A stretch of DNA of 64,000 bases, taken from positions 64,030 through 128,029 of the forward strand of contig LCLX01000001.1 in NCBI GenBank assembly GCA_001002285.1. The letters run 5' to 3'. Below are positions 45,837 through 55,445 of the stretch, piece after piece. The notes beneath the pieces are model-generated. The model was not told the DNA's origin. It searched no databases and saw nothing but the letters and a program-made list of their open reading frames with translations. This DNA is from Microgenomates group bacterium GW2011_GWC1_46_15 (GTDB lineage Bacteria > Patescibacteriota > Microgenomatia > UBA1400 > UBA12028). Both the position numbers and the translations under genes were made by a program. Positions within the stretch are counted from its first letter, which is position 1, and each line of letters opens with the position of its first letter.

Positions 45837-48260
45837 ATGAAGAAACCAAGTGTTTCAAACGTGTATTCCAAAACCGTCCACGTGGGCGGAAAAGAAATTA
45901 AACTCGAGGTCGGAAAGTTTTCCGAACAGGCCGCGGCCGCTGTATTGGCGACATGTGGCGAAACGGTCGTGCACGCAACAGTCGTGGGTGGCCGCGAGAG
46001 TACATTGGACTACTTCCCATTGCAAGTTGAGTATGTTGAAAAGCTCTTTGCCGGTGGGAAAATTAAAGGTTCACGATGGGTTAAGCGCGATGGTCGTCCA
46101 AACGATGACGCTGTGTTAAAAGGTCGTCTTATTGACCGTGCGATCCGCCCGTTGTTTCCCGAAGGTTTGAAGAACGAAGTGCAGGCAATTGCGACAGTGC
46201 TTTCGGTTGATAATGCAAACGATCCAGACATGGTTGCGATGGTCGCTATTTCCACTGCACTCTCAATTTCCAACATTCCATGGGATGGCCCAATCGCGGG
46301 TGTCCGCATGGGATATGTCAAAGAATTCAAAGAATTTTTGTTGAATCCGACATACGAAGAGCGCGCAAAATCGCAGTTAGATTTGGTAGTTGCGGGTTCT
46401 AAAGACGCGATTGTGATGGTTGAGTCCGGCGCGGATGAAGTAACAGAAGACGTGATGATTGACGCGCTCGCGAAAGCGCACGAAGCGATCGTTGGCGTTG
46501 TCGTAGATCTCGAAAAAATGGTCAAAGACATTGGACAGGAAAAGTTCACGTTTACACCCGTGGTTGCAGACGAAGCATTGGTAAAAACACTCGGAAAAAA
46601 GTATGCAAAAGAAATAAAAGAGTTCGTGAAACATGAAGCACTGCTTGAACCGGTTGGCGTGAGCGAGCTGGTTACCACGATGATTGCCGAAGATGAAACA
46701 CAAGATGTTGGCAAACTTAAAGAAGCATTCCACGTGTTGATTAAAGAAGAAGCGCGCCGCCAGACTTTAGAAGATAAACTTCGCCCGGATGGCCGCAAAC
46801 TTGATGAGATCCGCCAAATCACGTGTGAAGTAGACATTTTGCCACGGCCGCACGGGTCGGCAATGTTCAAGCGCGGATCCACCCAAGCATTAACAATTAC
46901 GACATTGGGTGCCCCATCATTGGGCCAACTCATTGAAGACATGGAGGGTGAGGAAGAGAAACACTACATTCATCACTACGAAATGCCGCCGTATGCTTCG
47001 GGTGAAGCCGGCCGTTTGGGAAGCCCGCGCCGCCGCGAAATCGGGCACGGTGCTTTAGCCGAGCGCGCGTTGTTCCCGATGATTCCCGCGCAAAACGAGT
47101 TCCCGTACACGATTCACGTTGTTTCAAGCATTATGAGTTCGAATGGTTCAACATCAATGGCTTCGGTGTGCGGAAGCACGATGTCGCTGATGGCCGCCGG
47201 TGTTCCAATCAAAAAACCGGTTGCCGGTATTGCGATGGGATTAATGACCGATGGCAAGAAGCACGTTGTCCTTTCCGACATTCAAGGAATGGAAGATCAC
47301 ACAGGCGACATGGACTTCAAAGTTGCGGGAACAAAAGATGGTATCACCGCGCTCCAAATGGATATCAAGGTGAAAGGAATTTCAGTTGATATTTTGCGCA
47401 CAGCACTTGGCCAAGCAAAAGACGGCCGATTGTTCATTTTAGGCAAGATGCTCGAAGCAATTGCTGAACCACGCAAGACATTATCGAAGTACGCGCCAAA
47501 GATTGTTCAGATTGAAGTTCCATTCGACCGCATTGGCGAGTTGATTGGCCCGGGCGGCAAGGTGATTAAAAACATCATCGCGACAACTGGTGCGCAGGTT
47601 GATGTCGAAGAAAATGACGAGAAAACAAAAGGCATTGTGAACATTTCTTCACAGGATGATGAAGCGATTGAAAAAGCCCGTGCATGGATCAGCGGTATGA
47701 TGCGCGATGTTGTTGCCGGCGAAGAGTTTGACGGTATCGTAACACGGATTGAAAACTTCGGCATTTTTGTCGAGTTCTTGCCAGGCCGCGACGGACTTGT
47801 ACACGTTTCGCGCATGAGTACTGAGTATGTTTCCGATCCACACGTGTTGTTTAAGATTGGTGACTCCGCGCATGTTCGGTTAACTGAAGTTGACGACCAA
47901 GGCCGGTACAACCTCACGATGCTCACAAAAGAGCAGGAAGAGGCGGCCCGCGCAAAACGCAGTAGCGAAGGAAGTGGAGAAGGCCGCGGAGGAAGTGGTT
48001 ATGGTGGCGGTAGCTCCTCTGGAGGATTCGGTGGTGGCGGACGCAGCTTTGGCGGAGACCGTGGTGGCAGCCGGGGCGGATACGGTGGCGGCCGAGGTGG
48101 ATCAGGTGGTGGCTATGGTGGTGGACGAAGCTTTGGCGGTGACAGAGGCGGTCGTGGTGGATTTGGCGGAAGCCGTCCCAGCTTTGGATCAGGCGGCGCA
48201 GGTGCGAACTCCGGCGGCGAACGTAAATCTCCAGGATATGCTGCGCAAAAGCAGTACTAA
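45837..48260 (+). CDS. pnp: Polyribonucleotide nucleotidyltransferase with RGG-rich tail
   Basis: RLIDRAIRPLFP, RRREIGHG, SNGSTSMASVC, DMDFKVAGT, KH, S1. Confidence 0.98.
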   Translation: MKKPSVSNVYSKTVHVGGKEIKLEVGKFSEQAAAAVLATCGETVVHATVVGGRESTLDYFPLQVEYVEKLFAGGKIKGSRWVKRDGRPNDDAVLKGRLIDRAIRPLFPEGLKNEVQAIATVLSVDNANDPDMVAMVAISTALSISNIPWDGPIAGVRMGYVKEFKEFLLNPTYEERAKSQLDLVVAGSKDAIVMVESGADEVTEDVMIDALAKAHEAIVGVVVDLEKMVKDIGQEKFTFTPVVADEALVKTLGKKYAKEIKEFVKHEALLEPVGVSELVTTMIAEDETQDVGKLKEAFHVLIKEEARRQTLEDKLRPDGRKLDEIRQITCEVDILPRPHGSAMFKRGSTQALTITTLGAPSLGQLIEDMEGEEEKHYIHHYEMPPYASGEAGRLGSPRRREIGHGALAERALFPMIPAQNEFPYTIHVVSSIMSSNGSTSMASVCGSTMSLMAAGVPIKKPVAGIAMGLMTDGKKHVVLSDIQGMEDHTGDMDFKVAGTKDGITALQMDIKVKGISVDILRTALGQAKDGRLFILGKMLEAIAEPRKTLSKYAPKIVQIEVPFDRIGELIGPGGKVIKNIIATTGAQVDVEENDEKTKGIVNISSQDDEAIEKARAWISGMMRDVVAGEEFDGIVTRIENFGIFVEFLPGRDGLVHVSRMSTEYVSDPHVLFKIGDSAHVRLTEVDDQGRYNLTMLTKEQEEAARAKRSSEGSGEGRGGSGYGGGSSSGGFGGGGRSFGGDRGGSRGGYGGGRGGSGGGYGGGRSFGGDRGGRGGFGGSRPSFGSGGAGANSGGERKSPGYAAQKQY

Positions 48261-48284
48261 TGTTTCATGGTACGATAGTTGTAT

Positions 48285-49355
48285 ATGCCCGACGCAGCCC
48301 CTAACGATCAAAATCTCCTTGCAGAGTTAACGCAGCTCAAACAAAAAGCCGATGCGGCAACGCTTCCCGAAGACTTAAAAGCAAACATTGATCAAATGCT
48401 TTCGCGTCTTCAGCGCATGGCGTCGCTCAGCACGTACTCTGAGGAGTACGACCGGACATCACACTATATTGATTGGATTGTTTCCCTGCCGTGGGATAAA
48501 AAATCAGACGATGTCATGGATTTGGTAAAAACGAAAGAAGTATTTGAAAAGCATCACTTTGGCATGGTTGACGTGAAGGAGCGGTTTTTTGAGTACGTCT
48601 CTGTTTTAAAATTGAAAGCGGGGCAGGAAGGAACGAAAGGAATTGTGCACGCGCCAGTGTTACTATTGGTTGGTTTAGTTGGAACAGGAAAAACAACATT
48701 TGCCTATTCATTAGCTGAGGCGTTAGGAAGAAAAATAGTCCGTATTCCGTTTGGCGGTATGAGTTCCGCGCGGGATTTACGCGGGCAGTCGCGTCTGCAC
48801 TTGGAAGCAGAACCGGGGTATATTATAAAATCACTGCGCCAGGCCGGTGTTCGCAACCCTGTCATTTTGCTTGATGAAATTGACCGCGTTTCCGATGATA
48901 CGCGCGGCGAAATCATGGGTGTGTTGGTTGAGCTATTGGATCCTGAACAAAACAAAGCGTTCACCGATTACTATATTGATTATCCATTCAACTTGTCCGA
49001 AGCAATTTTTATTGCCACGGCAAATAATACGGAAAAAGTTGCAACCGCCGTACTCGATCGTTTGGAAACGATCACAATGCCGTCGTACACCGACGAAGAA
49101 AAGATTCAGATCGGTAAAAACTACTTGTTGCCGCAAGCGCTGGTCGAGGCAGGCCTCAAACCTGAGCAGTTAATGATTGAAGAAGCATTATGGCCGCAGA
49201 TTGTTCGTCCTTTGGGGTATGATGCTGGCATTCGTACGCTACAAAGAACGGTTAAAGGTATTGCGCGCAAATCCGCAAAACAAATTGTTGAAGGATCACT
49301 TCAGCAAGTTGTGATGAATCAGTCAAATATAAAGGAATATTTACCGACGTATTAG
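48285..49355 (+). CDS. Lon-like AAA+ ATPase lacking N-terminal and protease domains
   Basis: YIDWIVSLPW, HFGMVDVKER, GLVGTGKTT, NPVILLDEID, LDPEQN..F.DYY; ends after the lid. Confidence 0.88.
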   Translation: MPDAAPNDQNLLAELTQLKQKADAATLPEDLKANIDQMLSRLQRMASLSTYSEEYDRTSHYIDWIVSLPWDKKSDDVMDLVKTKEVFEKHHFGMVDVKERFFEYVSVLKLKAGQEGTKGIVHAPVLLLVGLVGTGKTTFAYSLAEALGRKIVRIPFGGMSSARDLRGQSRLHLEAEPGYIIKSLRQAGVRNPVILLDEIDRVSDDTRGEIMGVLVELLDPEQNKAFTDYYIDYPFNLSEAIFIATANNTEKVATAVLDRLETITMPSYTDEEKIQIGKNYLLPQALVEAGLKPEQLMIEEALWPQIVRPLGYDAGIRTLQRTVKGIARKSAKQIVEGSLQQVVMNQSNIKEYLPTY

Positions 49356-49368
49356 AATAATACACACG

Positions 49369-50004
49369 ATGATGATGATGAACAAAGCAGCCGCACTCAA
49401 AGATATCCGCGCCCAGCTCGAAGCAGATTATGCCGACCTCCCCCTTGTTTCCAAACCCGAGGATATCGTTCCTGGCGAAGGAAATGGTGAAGCAGAGATT
49501 CTGTTTATCGGTGAAGCCGCCGGGCGCAACGAAGCAATTCAGCGCCGCCCATTTGTTGGACTTGCCGGAAAACTCGTTGACCGCCAGCTTCAAAAAATAA
49601 ACATCAAACGTGAGGATGTGTACATCAGCAACGTCGTGAAGTGCCGTCCGCCGGAGAACCGCGATCCACTGCCGGAAGAAATTGCCGCGTTCGCGCCGTA
49701 CCTCGATAAAGAAATCGAGATTATTGATCCAAAACTCATCATCACGCTAGGCCGATTCAGTATGGGAAAGTTTATTCCCGATGTCAAAATCAGCATGATT
49801 CACGGGCGATTACATAAAGTAAAGTTCAAAGGAAAAACGCGGTTTGTTTTGCCGTTTTATCATCCGGCGGCAGCGTTACGGCAAGGAAAAGTGATGGACA
49901 TGTTTGAGAAAGATTTTTTGCGCGTACCAGCAATTCTCAAATATATTAAAGAACACGCGCAAGATATTCTTGTAGAAGAAACTATTATAGAAACGTTATT
50001 TTAG
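49369..50004 (+). CDS. Uracil-DNA glycosylase family 4
   Basis: VPGEG, FIGEAAG..E...RPFVG, NVVKCRPPENR, YHPAAAL. Confidence 0.93.
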   Translation: MMMMNKAAALKDIRAQLEADYADLPLVSKPEDIVPGEGNGEAEILFIGEAAGRNEAIQRRPFVGLAGKLVDRQLQKINIKREDVYISNVVKCRPPENRDPLPEEIAAFAPYLDKEIEIIDPKLIITLGRFSMGKFIPDVKISMIHGRLHKVKFKGKTRFVLPFYHPAAALRQGKVMDMFEKDFLRVPAILKYIKEHAQDILVEETIIETLF

Positions 50005-50044
50005 CCGCGCATATGCAGCACGGCTGAAACGTGAAAGGAAAAAT

Positions 50045-51706
50045 ATGAATGCATTAAAAATTATTCCGCTTGGCGGAATGGGAAACGTCACACGCAATAT
50101 GTTCGTGTATGAGTATGACAATGAAATACTCATCGTGGACTGCGGTATCGGATTTCCCGAAAAATACATGCTCGGAGTTGATGTGCTTATCCCGGACGTG
50201 TCGTATATTCAAAAGCGCTTAAAAGAGGGGGCGAAAATTATCGCGCTGTGTTTGTCGCACGGGCACGATGATCACATCGCGGCTCTGCCGTACATTTTAC
50301 CCATGCTCGATGCAGAGTTCCCGATCTTTGGATCTCCGCTCACCGCGGCGTTTGCGAAAGCCCGCATGGCCGACCACGGAATCGAAAAAGAAGTGCTTGA
50401 GTACGACGAAACCCGGCCGATGAAGTTTGGCAAGTACTTTGCGGTTGAAACGATTCGGATGACGCACTCGGTGCCGGACACGCGCCACCTCGTGATTCAC
50501 ACGCCGGAAGGTTCTGTGTATCACGGTTCGGACTTTAAACTGGACATGAACCCTGTCGATGGCATCCGCCCGGATTTCTCCAAAATCGCGACGATTGGAA
50601 ACGCTGGTGTATTGTGCGCGCTCGTTGACTGTCTGCGCGTTGATCGCCAAGGATGGTCGCCTTCCGAAACCATTATTCTTGATGCACTGGAACGCGAGAT
50701 ACGTGACTGCAAAGGCAAGATGCTGATTACGTTGATGAGCTCAAACATTCATCGCGCCCAGCAGGCAGTGGACGTTGCGGTGAACCACAATAGAAAAGTT
50801 GTGTTGGTTGGCCGGTCCATTGAGCAAAACGCAGAAGTCGCCCAGCAACTTGGTATGTTGAACATTCCAAAAGGAACACTTGTGCAGAAAAAACACATGG
50901 ACGAATACAAAGATAATCAACTGCTGATTATCATTGCCGGAAGCCAGGGCCAGCCAGGGTCCTCGCTTGTGCGCGCGGTGTACGGGGAACACCCACTTAT
51001 TACCATTGGCAAGAACGACAAAGTTGTGTTTAGCACAGAACCAATTCCCGGCAATGGGCCGAACGTGTACGAAACAATTGACGAGTTGTCGCGCAACAAC
51101 ATTGATGTGTCGTACTCCGACATTGATGACGACTTGCACGTTTCCGGACACGCGGGAGTTGTTGAACAGCAGCTGCTCATTTCATTGGTGAAACCAAAGT
51201 ACTTGATACCAATTGGCGGCACCGATCGCCACCGTGTCCAGTTCCGCCAAATGGCGATGAGGTTAGGATACGATGGCCGGCAAGTTCTGCTCCCAAAGAC
51301 AGAGCAAACTGTTGTGATGTCGAAGGGTCAAGCCTCACAGGGCGAGGAAGTTCCACTCAAAGACCTCATGGTTGATGGGCTAGGAATTGGCGACGTTGGG
51401 AACGTTGTTCTCTCTGACCGCAAACTTATGGCCGAAGAAGGAATGGTTGTCGTCATTATCCCCATGAGTGATGGCGTGTGGGACCTCAAACGCATCGCCG
51501 TGGTCAGTCGAGGCTTTGTGTTCATGAAGAAAGCCGACGAGATGGTCCGCGCGATCAAGGAGGAAACAACCGAGATTTTGACAAAAGAGGGCAAGCGCCT
51601 CGATGAAATCGAGCTCAAGCGGACGATTGAAAAACGGTTGACAAAGCGGATGGACGCATTGATCGGCCGAACGCCGCTCATTTTACCGGTGTTTTACGAG
51701 GTATAA
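50045..51706 (+). CDS. rnj: Ribonuclease J
   Basis: PLGGMG, SHGHDDHI, HSVPD, GSQG, PIPGN, HVSGH. Confidence 0.96.
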   Translation: MNALKIIPLGGMGNVTRNMFVYEYDNEILIVDCGIGFPEKYMLGVDVLIPDVSYIQKRLKEGAKIIALCLSHGHDDHIAALPYILPMLDAEFPIFGSPLTAAFAKARMADHGIEKEVLEYDETRPMKFGKYFAVETIRMTHSVPDTRHLVIHTPEGSVYHGSDFKLDMNPVDGIRPDFSKIATIGNAGVLCALVDCLRVDRQGWSPSETIILDALEREIRDCKGKMLITLMSSNIHRAQQAVDVAVNHNRKVVLVGRSIEQNAEVAQQLGMLNIPKGTLVQKKHMDEYKDNQLLIIIAGSQGQPGSSLVRAVYGEHPLITIGKNDKVVFSTEPIPGNGPNVYETIDELSRNNIDVSYSDIDDDLHVSGHAGVVEQQLLISLVKPKYLIPIGGTDRHRVQFRQMAMRLGYDGRQVLLPKTEQTVVMSKGQASQGEEVPLKDLMVDGLGIGDVGNVVLSDRKLMAEEGMVVVIIPMSDGVWDLKRIAVVSRGFVFMKKADEMVRAIKEETTEILTKEGKRLDEIELKRTIEKRLTKRMDALIGRTPLILPVFYEV

Positions 51707-51709
51707 CGA

Positions 51710-51924
51710 AAGATCGGGACTTCCCCTACCCTATATGAAAGATTGATAGATAGGACAAAGATGGAAGACCGTTTTTGAGTACTGTATTATATATAGTTCA
51801 AACTGAATCAAAAAGAGCAGAGATCGGGACTACCCATATACCAGCACTTCACAATCTAACAATTGGTATTAAAAAAACCTGTTCTGTCAAATAAAAAACA
51901 ACATTAACGGGAAGTCCCGAACTT
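51710..51924. repeat. 215-bp non-coding element with terminal inverted repeats (MITE/REP-like)
   Basis: AAGATCGGGACTTCCC (51710) vs GGGAAGTCCCGAACTT (51909), 15/16 complementary; internal copy AGATCGGGACTACCC (51821). Confidence 0.65.
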
Positions 51925-51971
51925 ACCTGGTAGCCTTCCACCCCTTCCCCCCTTGTGCTAGGATAAAACGT

Positions 51972-54152
51972 ATGGCACGTCGAGGAAGAAAACGGGCACT
52001 TTTCAAGGTAAAACTACGGGCGGAAACGCTCCACTCGTTGGGCGCACTTACACTGTTTGCGTGTGCTGGGCTTGTCGCGGCCTCATTCTCTGGCCAGGGT
52101 GAAATTCTGCAGGGAATGAATGACTTTCTCCGGCATATGCTCGGTCCGGTCGCGCTTTTTGTGCCATTTCTTTTTATCTCTATGGGTCTTGTGCTCACCG
52201 GCGTACGGTGGTCGTTTGCCAAACCACAGGTGTTACTCGGGAGTATATTGTTGACGCTTTCTATTGCGGTACTTGGGAAAACAGGAACACTCGGCGTGGA
52301 TATGTACAGAAACCTAAGTGTCCTTATTCTGCCAGTCGGTACAAACATGTTGTTCATCACGATATTTGTTGCATCACTTTTACTCATGAGTGATACGTCA
52401 ATTGGCGATATTTTCCGCTTTTTCCGCTCATTTATTGAAGTGCAAAAGGGTGGAGTGAGGCCGGAAAAAGGTTTTTCAAAAATTGCTCTCCCAAATATGA
52501 TTTCTGGTGACTTTAAGATCCGGGGTGGTAATCAGGCACAAAAAGCAGCGGATGCCGCGCTTGCGCAAAAAACTGGCCTTGGTGGCCTTACCCAACAGCA
52601 AAAAGATGAAAAAAGAGAAATGGAAATTTATCACAAACGGCCTATTCTGTCTGATGAATCTGGGCTTCCTGAAAAAACGCTTCTCAATGTTCCTGGCGAA
52701 CAAATGGTGTGGCAGCTTCCCCCGCTGAGTATGTTAGATCAGCGGTCTGGTGGCCAAGCCGACCGCGGTGATGTAAAAGGGAGCGCCGAGATTATTGAAA
52801 AAACGCTGGACTCGTTTGGTATCCGCTCAAAAGTGCGCGAGGTAAACCTTGGTCCGGCGGTTACGCAGTACGCACTGGAAATCGCGTTAGGCACAAAGTT
52901 GTCCAAAATTACGTCGTTGTCCAACGACTTGGCACTTGCTTTGGCCGCTCCAACGGGCCAAATCCGTATCGAAGCGCCAATTCCTGGCCGCGGGTATGTT
53001 GGCATCGAAATTCCAAACCGCTCACCTGAACTTGTCACAATGCGCGCGATGCTCACGAGCGATGCAATGAAGAAGGCAAAATCAAAGTTGTGCGTTCCGT
53101 TGGGGCTCAATGTTTCCGGCGAGGCGGTTGTTACTGACATCGCGAAGATGCCGCACTTGCTTATCGCCGGCGCTACGGGTTCGGGTAAATCGGTTGCTGT
53201 GAACGCGTTTATTTCATCAATCCTATTCCGCGCGTCACCAAACGAAGTGAAGTTTATTCTTGTTGATCCAAAACGTGTTGAGTTGACGCAGTACAACGAT
53301 ATTCCGCATCTTTTGACTCCGGTTATCGTGGAGCCAAAAAAAGTTGTTTCGGCGCTCAAATGGGCCATGAATGAAATGGATCGCCGGTACAAAACGTTTG
53401 CCGAGGTTGGCGTTCGCAATCTTGAAGCATTTAATGAGCTATCCGGATTCCAGGCGCTTCCGTACATCGTCATTATTATTGATGAGCTGGCGGATATTAT
53501 GTTGTTTAACCCGGCCGATGTTGAAGAAGCCGTAACGCGCATTGCACAAATGGCGCGTGCCACTGGCATCCACTTAGTCCTCGCGACGCAGCGCCCTTCG
53601 GTTGATGTTATTACCGGTCTTATCAAAGCAAACATTCCTGCGCGTATGGCATTCAACGTTACCTCAATGACAGACTCGCGTGTTATTTTGGACAGTCCAG
53701 GTGCGGAAAAACTACTGGGCCGTGGAGACATGCTGTATACTCCTCCCGATCAAGCGAAACCGAGCCGTATCCAAGGTACGTATATTACCGACAAAGAAGT
53801 GCGCGCGCTCATTGATTTCATCAAGAAAAACGGGTTGCAGCCGCAGTATCAGGAAGAAATTACAACCAAGTTTATTTCCAATAAAGTCGGGGCGCGTGGT
53901 GGAACAGCGGGCAATGGTTCAGATGAAACCGACCCACTGATTGATGAAGCAGTTCGCATTGTCATGGAGTATGACCGCGCATCCGCCTCAGTCTTGCAAA
54001 GAAGATTATCGGTTGGATACTCGCGCGCGGCCCGCATTATTGACCAGCTTTTTGAACACGGCATTGTCAGCCCGCCGGAAGGAAGTAAGCCGCGCGATGT
54101 AAACATGAAAGCCGCGCAGGACTATTTGGCGAGTAAAGAACAAACCTCATGA
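51972..54152 (+). CDS. ftsK: DNA translocase FtsK
   Basis: N-terminal TM helices, PHLLIAGATGSGKS, DPKRVEL, IDELAD, LATQRPS, gamma domain. Confidence 0.98.
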   Translation: MARRGRKRALFKVKLRAETLHSLGALTLFACAGLVAASFSGQGEILQGMNDFLRHMLGPVALFVPFLFISMGLVLTGVRWSFAKPQVLLGSILLTLSIAVLGKTGTLGVDMYRNLSVLILPVGTNMLFITIFVASLLLMSDTSIGDIFRFFRSFIEVQKGGVRPEKGFSKIALPNMISGDFKIRGGNQAQKAADAALAQKTGLGGLTQQQKDEKREMEIYHKRPILSDESGLPEKTLLNVPGEQMVWQLPPLSMLDQRSGGQADRGDVKGSAEIIEKTLDSFGIRSKVREVNLGPAVTQYALEIALGTKLSKITSLSNDLALALAAPTGQIRIEAPIPGRGYVGIEIPNRSPELVTMRAMLTSDAMKKAKSKLCVPLGLNVSGEAVVTDIAKMPHLLIAGATGSGKSVAVNAFISSILFRASPNEVKFILVDPKRVELTQYNDIPHLLTPVIVEPKKVVSALKWAMNEMDRRYKTFAEVGVRNLEAFNELSGFQALPYIVIIIDELADIMLFNPADVEEAVTRIAQMARATGIHLVLATQRPSVDVITGLIKANIPARMAFNVTSMTDSRVILDSPGAEKLLGRGDMLYTPPDQAKPSRIQGTYITDKEVRALIDFIKKNGLQPQYQEEITTKFISNKVGARGGTAGNGSDETDPLIDEAVRIVMEYDRASASVLQRRLSVGYSRAARIIDQLFEHGIVSPPEGSKPRDVNMKAAQDYLASKEQTS

Positions 54153-54787
54153 CAGAGATGAAGTCGGTTGGACGCCTTTTTCAAGACGAGCGGAAGCTCC
54201 AGCACAAAACGTTGGAAGACATTGCGAAACGCACCAAGATTCATGTAGAGTTTTTATCTTCGATTGAATCGGATGATTTTTCTGCGCTCCCGCAAGGCCC
54301 GTTTGTAAAAGGATTTATCCGCACGTACGCGTTGGAGCTTGGATTGGATCCGGAGCATGTATTAGCGATCTACCGCCGCGATTTTGGCGTGCAGCCTCAG
54401 CAAAAACTTGTTCCTGATGGTGTGTTGTATCCGCTCAAACGGTCTGTGTGGAGATGGTTTTCACCAAAAACGCTTGGAGCACTTATTGTAACTTGTGTTG
54501 CGGGCGTGTTTCTCATCTTTCAATTGATCTCGCTTCAACGACTGCCCATTGTAGTAGTCAGTAGCCCTTCGGACAACACATCAACAAAAAGTCCGGTATT
54601 TGTGAAGGGGAGAACGGATACCGATGTTGTTATAACAATAAACGATGCGCAAATTTCGTTAAATCAAGATGGTGAGTTTCAAACATCGCTTGAACTTTCA
54701 ACTGGAGACCAAACAATAACGGTGCGTGCCGAAAATAGAAAAGGAAAAAGTACGATTGTCCGGCGTTCGATCAGTGTTGTACAATGA
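54149..54787 (+). CDS. RodZ-like HTH membrane protein with Ig-like C-terminus
   Basis: TKI...L..IE.DDF..LP...FVKGFIRTYA..LGL; TM helix; position after ftsK. Confidence 0.8.
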   Translation: MTEMKSVGRLFQDERKLQHKTLEDIAKRTKIHVEFLSSIESDDFSALPQGPFVKGFIRTYALELGLDPEHVLAIYRRDFGVQPQQKLVPDGVLYPLKRSVWRWFSPKTLGALIVTCVAGVFLIFQLISLQRLPIVVVSSPSDNTSTKSPVFVKGRTDTDVVITINDAQISLNQDGEFQTSLELSTGDQTITVRAENRKGKSTIVRRSISVVQ

Positions 54788-54802
54788 AAAGAAAGGAAAT
54801 AT

Positions 54803-55072
54803 ATGGATCCACTTGTTCTTACACTCACTATTGTTAGCTCGGTGCTCGCAATTTTCTTAGTTATTCTTGGAGTACAGGCATTTTTAACGCTCCGCGATGT
54901 ACGCGCGACATTAAAGAGAATAAATACGATTATGGATGTTACACAAAACACCGCGCTCCGGGCGCTTGTGCCATTTTCAAACATGGGCGGATTTGTTACA
55001 GGCATTAAAAGCGGGCTCAAAGTATTTGAAACATTCGTGCAGTATCTCCACAGGAGTATGAATGAAGAATGA
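54803..55072 (+). CDS. Small membrane protein
   Basis: N-terminal TM helix plus amphipathic helix; AAGGA SD. Confidence 0.7.
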   Translation: MDPLVLTLTIVSSVLAIFLVILGVQAFLTLRDVRATLKRINTIMDVTQNTALRALVPFSNMGGFVTGIKSGLKVFETFVQYLHRSMNEE

Positions 55073-55421
55073 TATGCAAACGCAGGAAAAGAACTCCGGG
55101 GGTTTTACCGCGGGAATCGTTCTTGGTGCGTTAACCGGCATGGTCGGGATGTTTTTGTTCGGCACAAAAAAAGGCGAGAAAACATTGCATAAGCTAAAAC
55201 AAAAATGGGAAACGATCAAGCCTACAATTGAAGCAGAACTTGAACAAGAGGGCCACATACTCGAGAAATCGAAGAAGCCGTTTTTCCAAGCCGTTGGCGA
55301 GATTGTTGATTATGTCGCGGACTCTCTGGAAAGTGGAGAGAAAAAATCAAAGCCTTTCATGATCGGTGGGACAAGGCAGCAGTCTCAGCAGGTGAAAAAG
55401 CGGTATTTCAAGAAAGCATAA
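55062..55421 (+). CDS. YtxH-like protein
   Basis: GFTAGIVLGALTGMVGMFLFGTKKGEK. Confidence 0.75.
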   Translation: MKNDMQTQEKNSGGFTAGIVLGALTGMVGMFLFGTKKGEKTLHKLKQKWETIKPTIEAELEQEGHILEKSKKPFFQAVGEIVDYVADSLESGEKKSKPFMIGGTRQQSQQVKKRYFKKA

Positions 55422-55445
55422 CTTTCCTCTGGTATAATCTTCTGT

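Noticed and set aside
52739-53731. Long antisense ORFs (also 46010-46942, 17349-18206, 35381-36085, 4890-5585)
   Set aside because: These are shadows of conserved genes (ftsK, pnp, ftsH, infB, sufC) with no motifs of their own.
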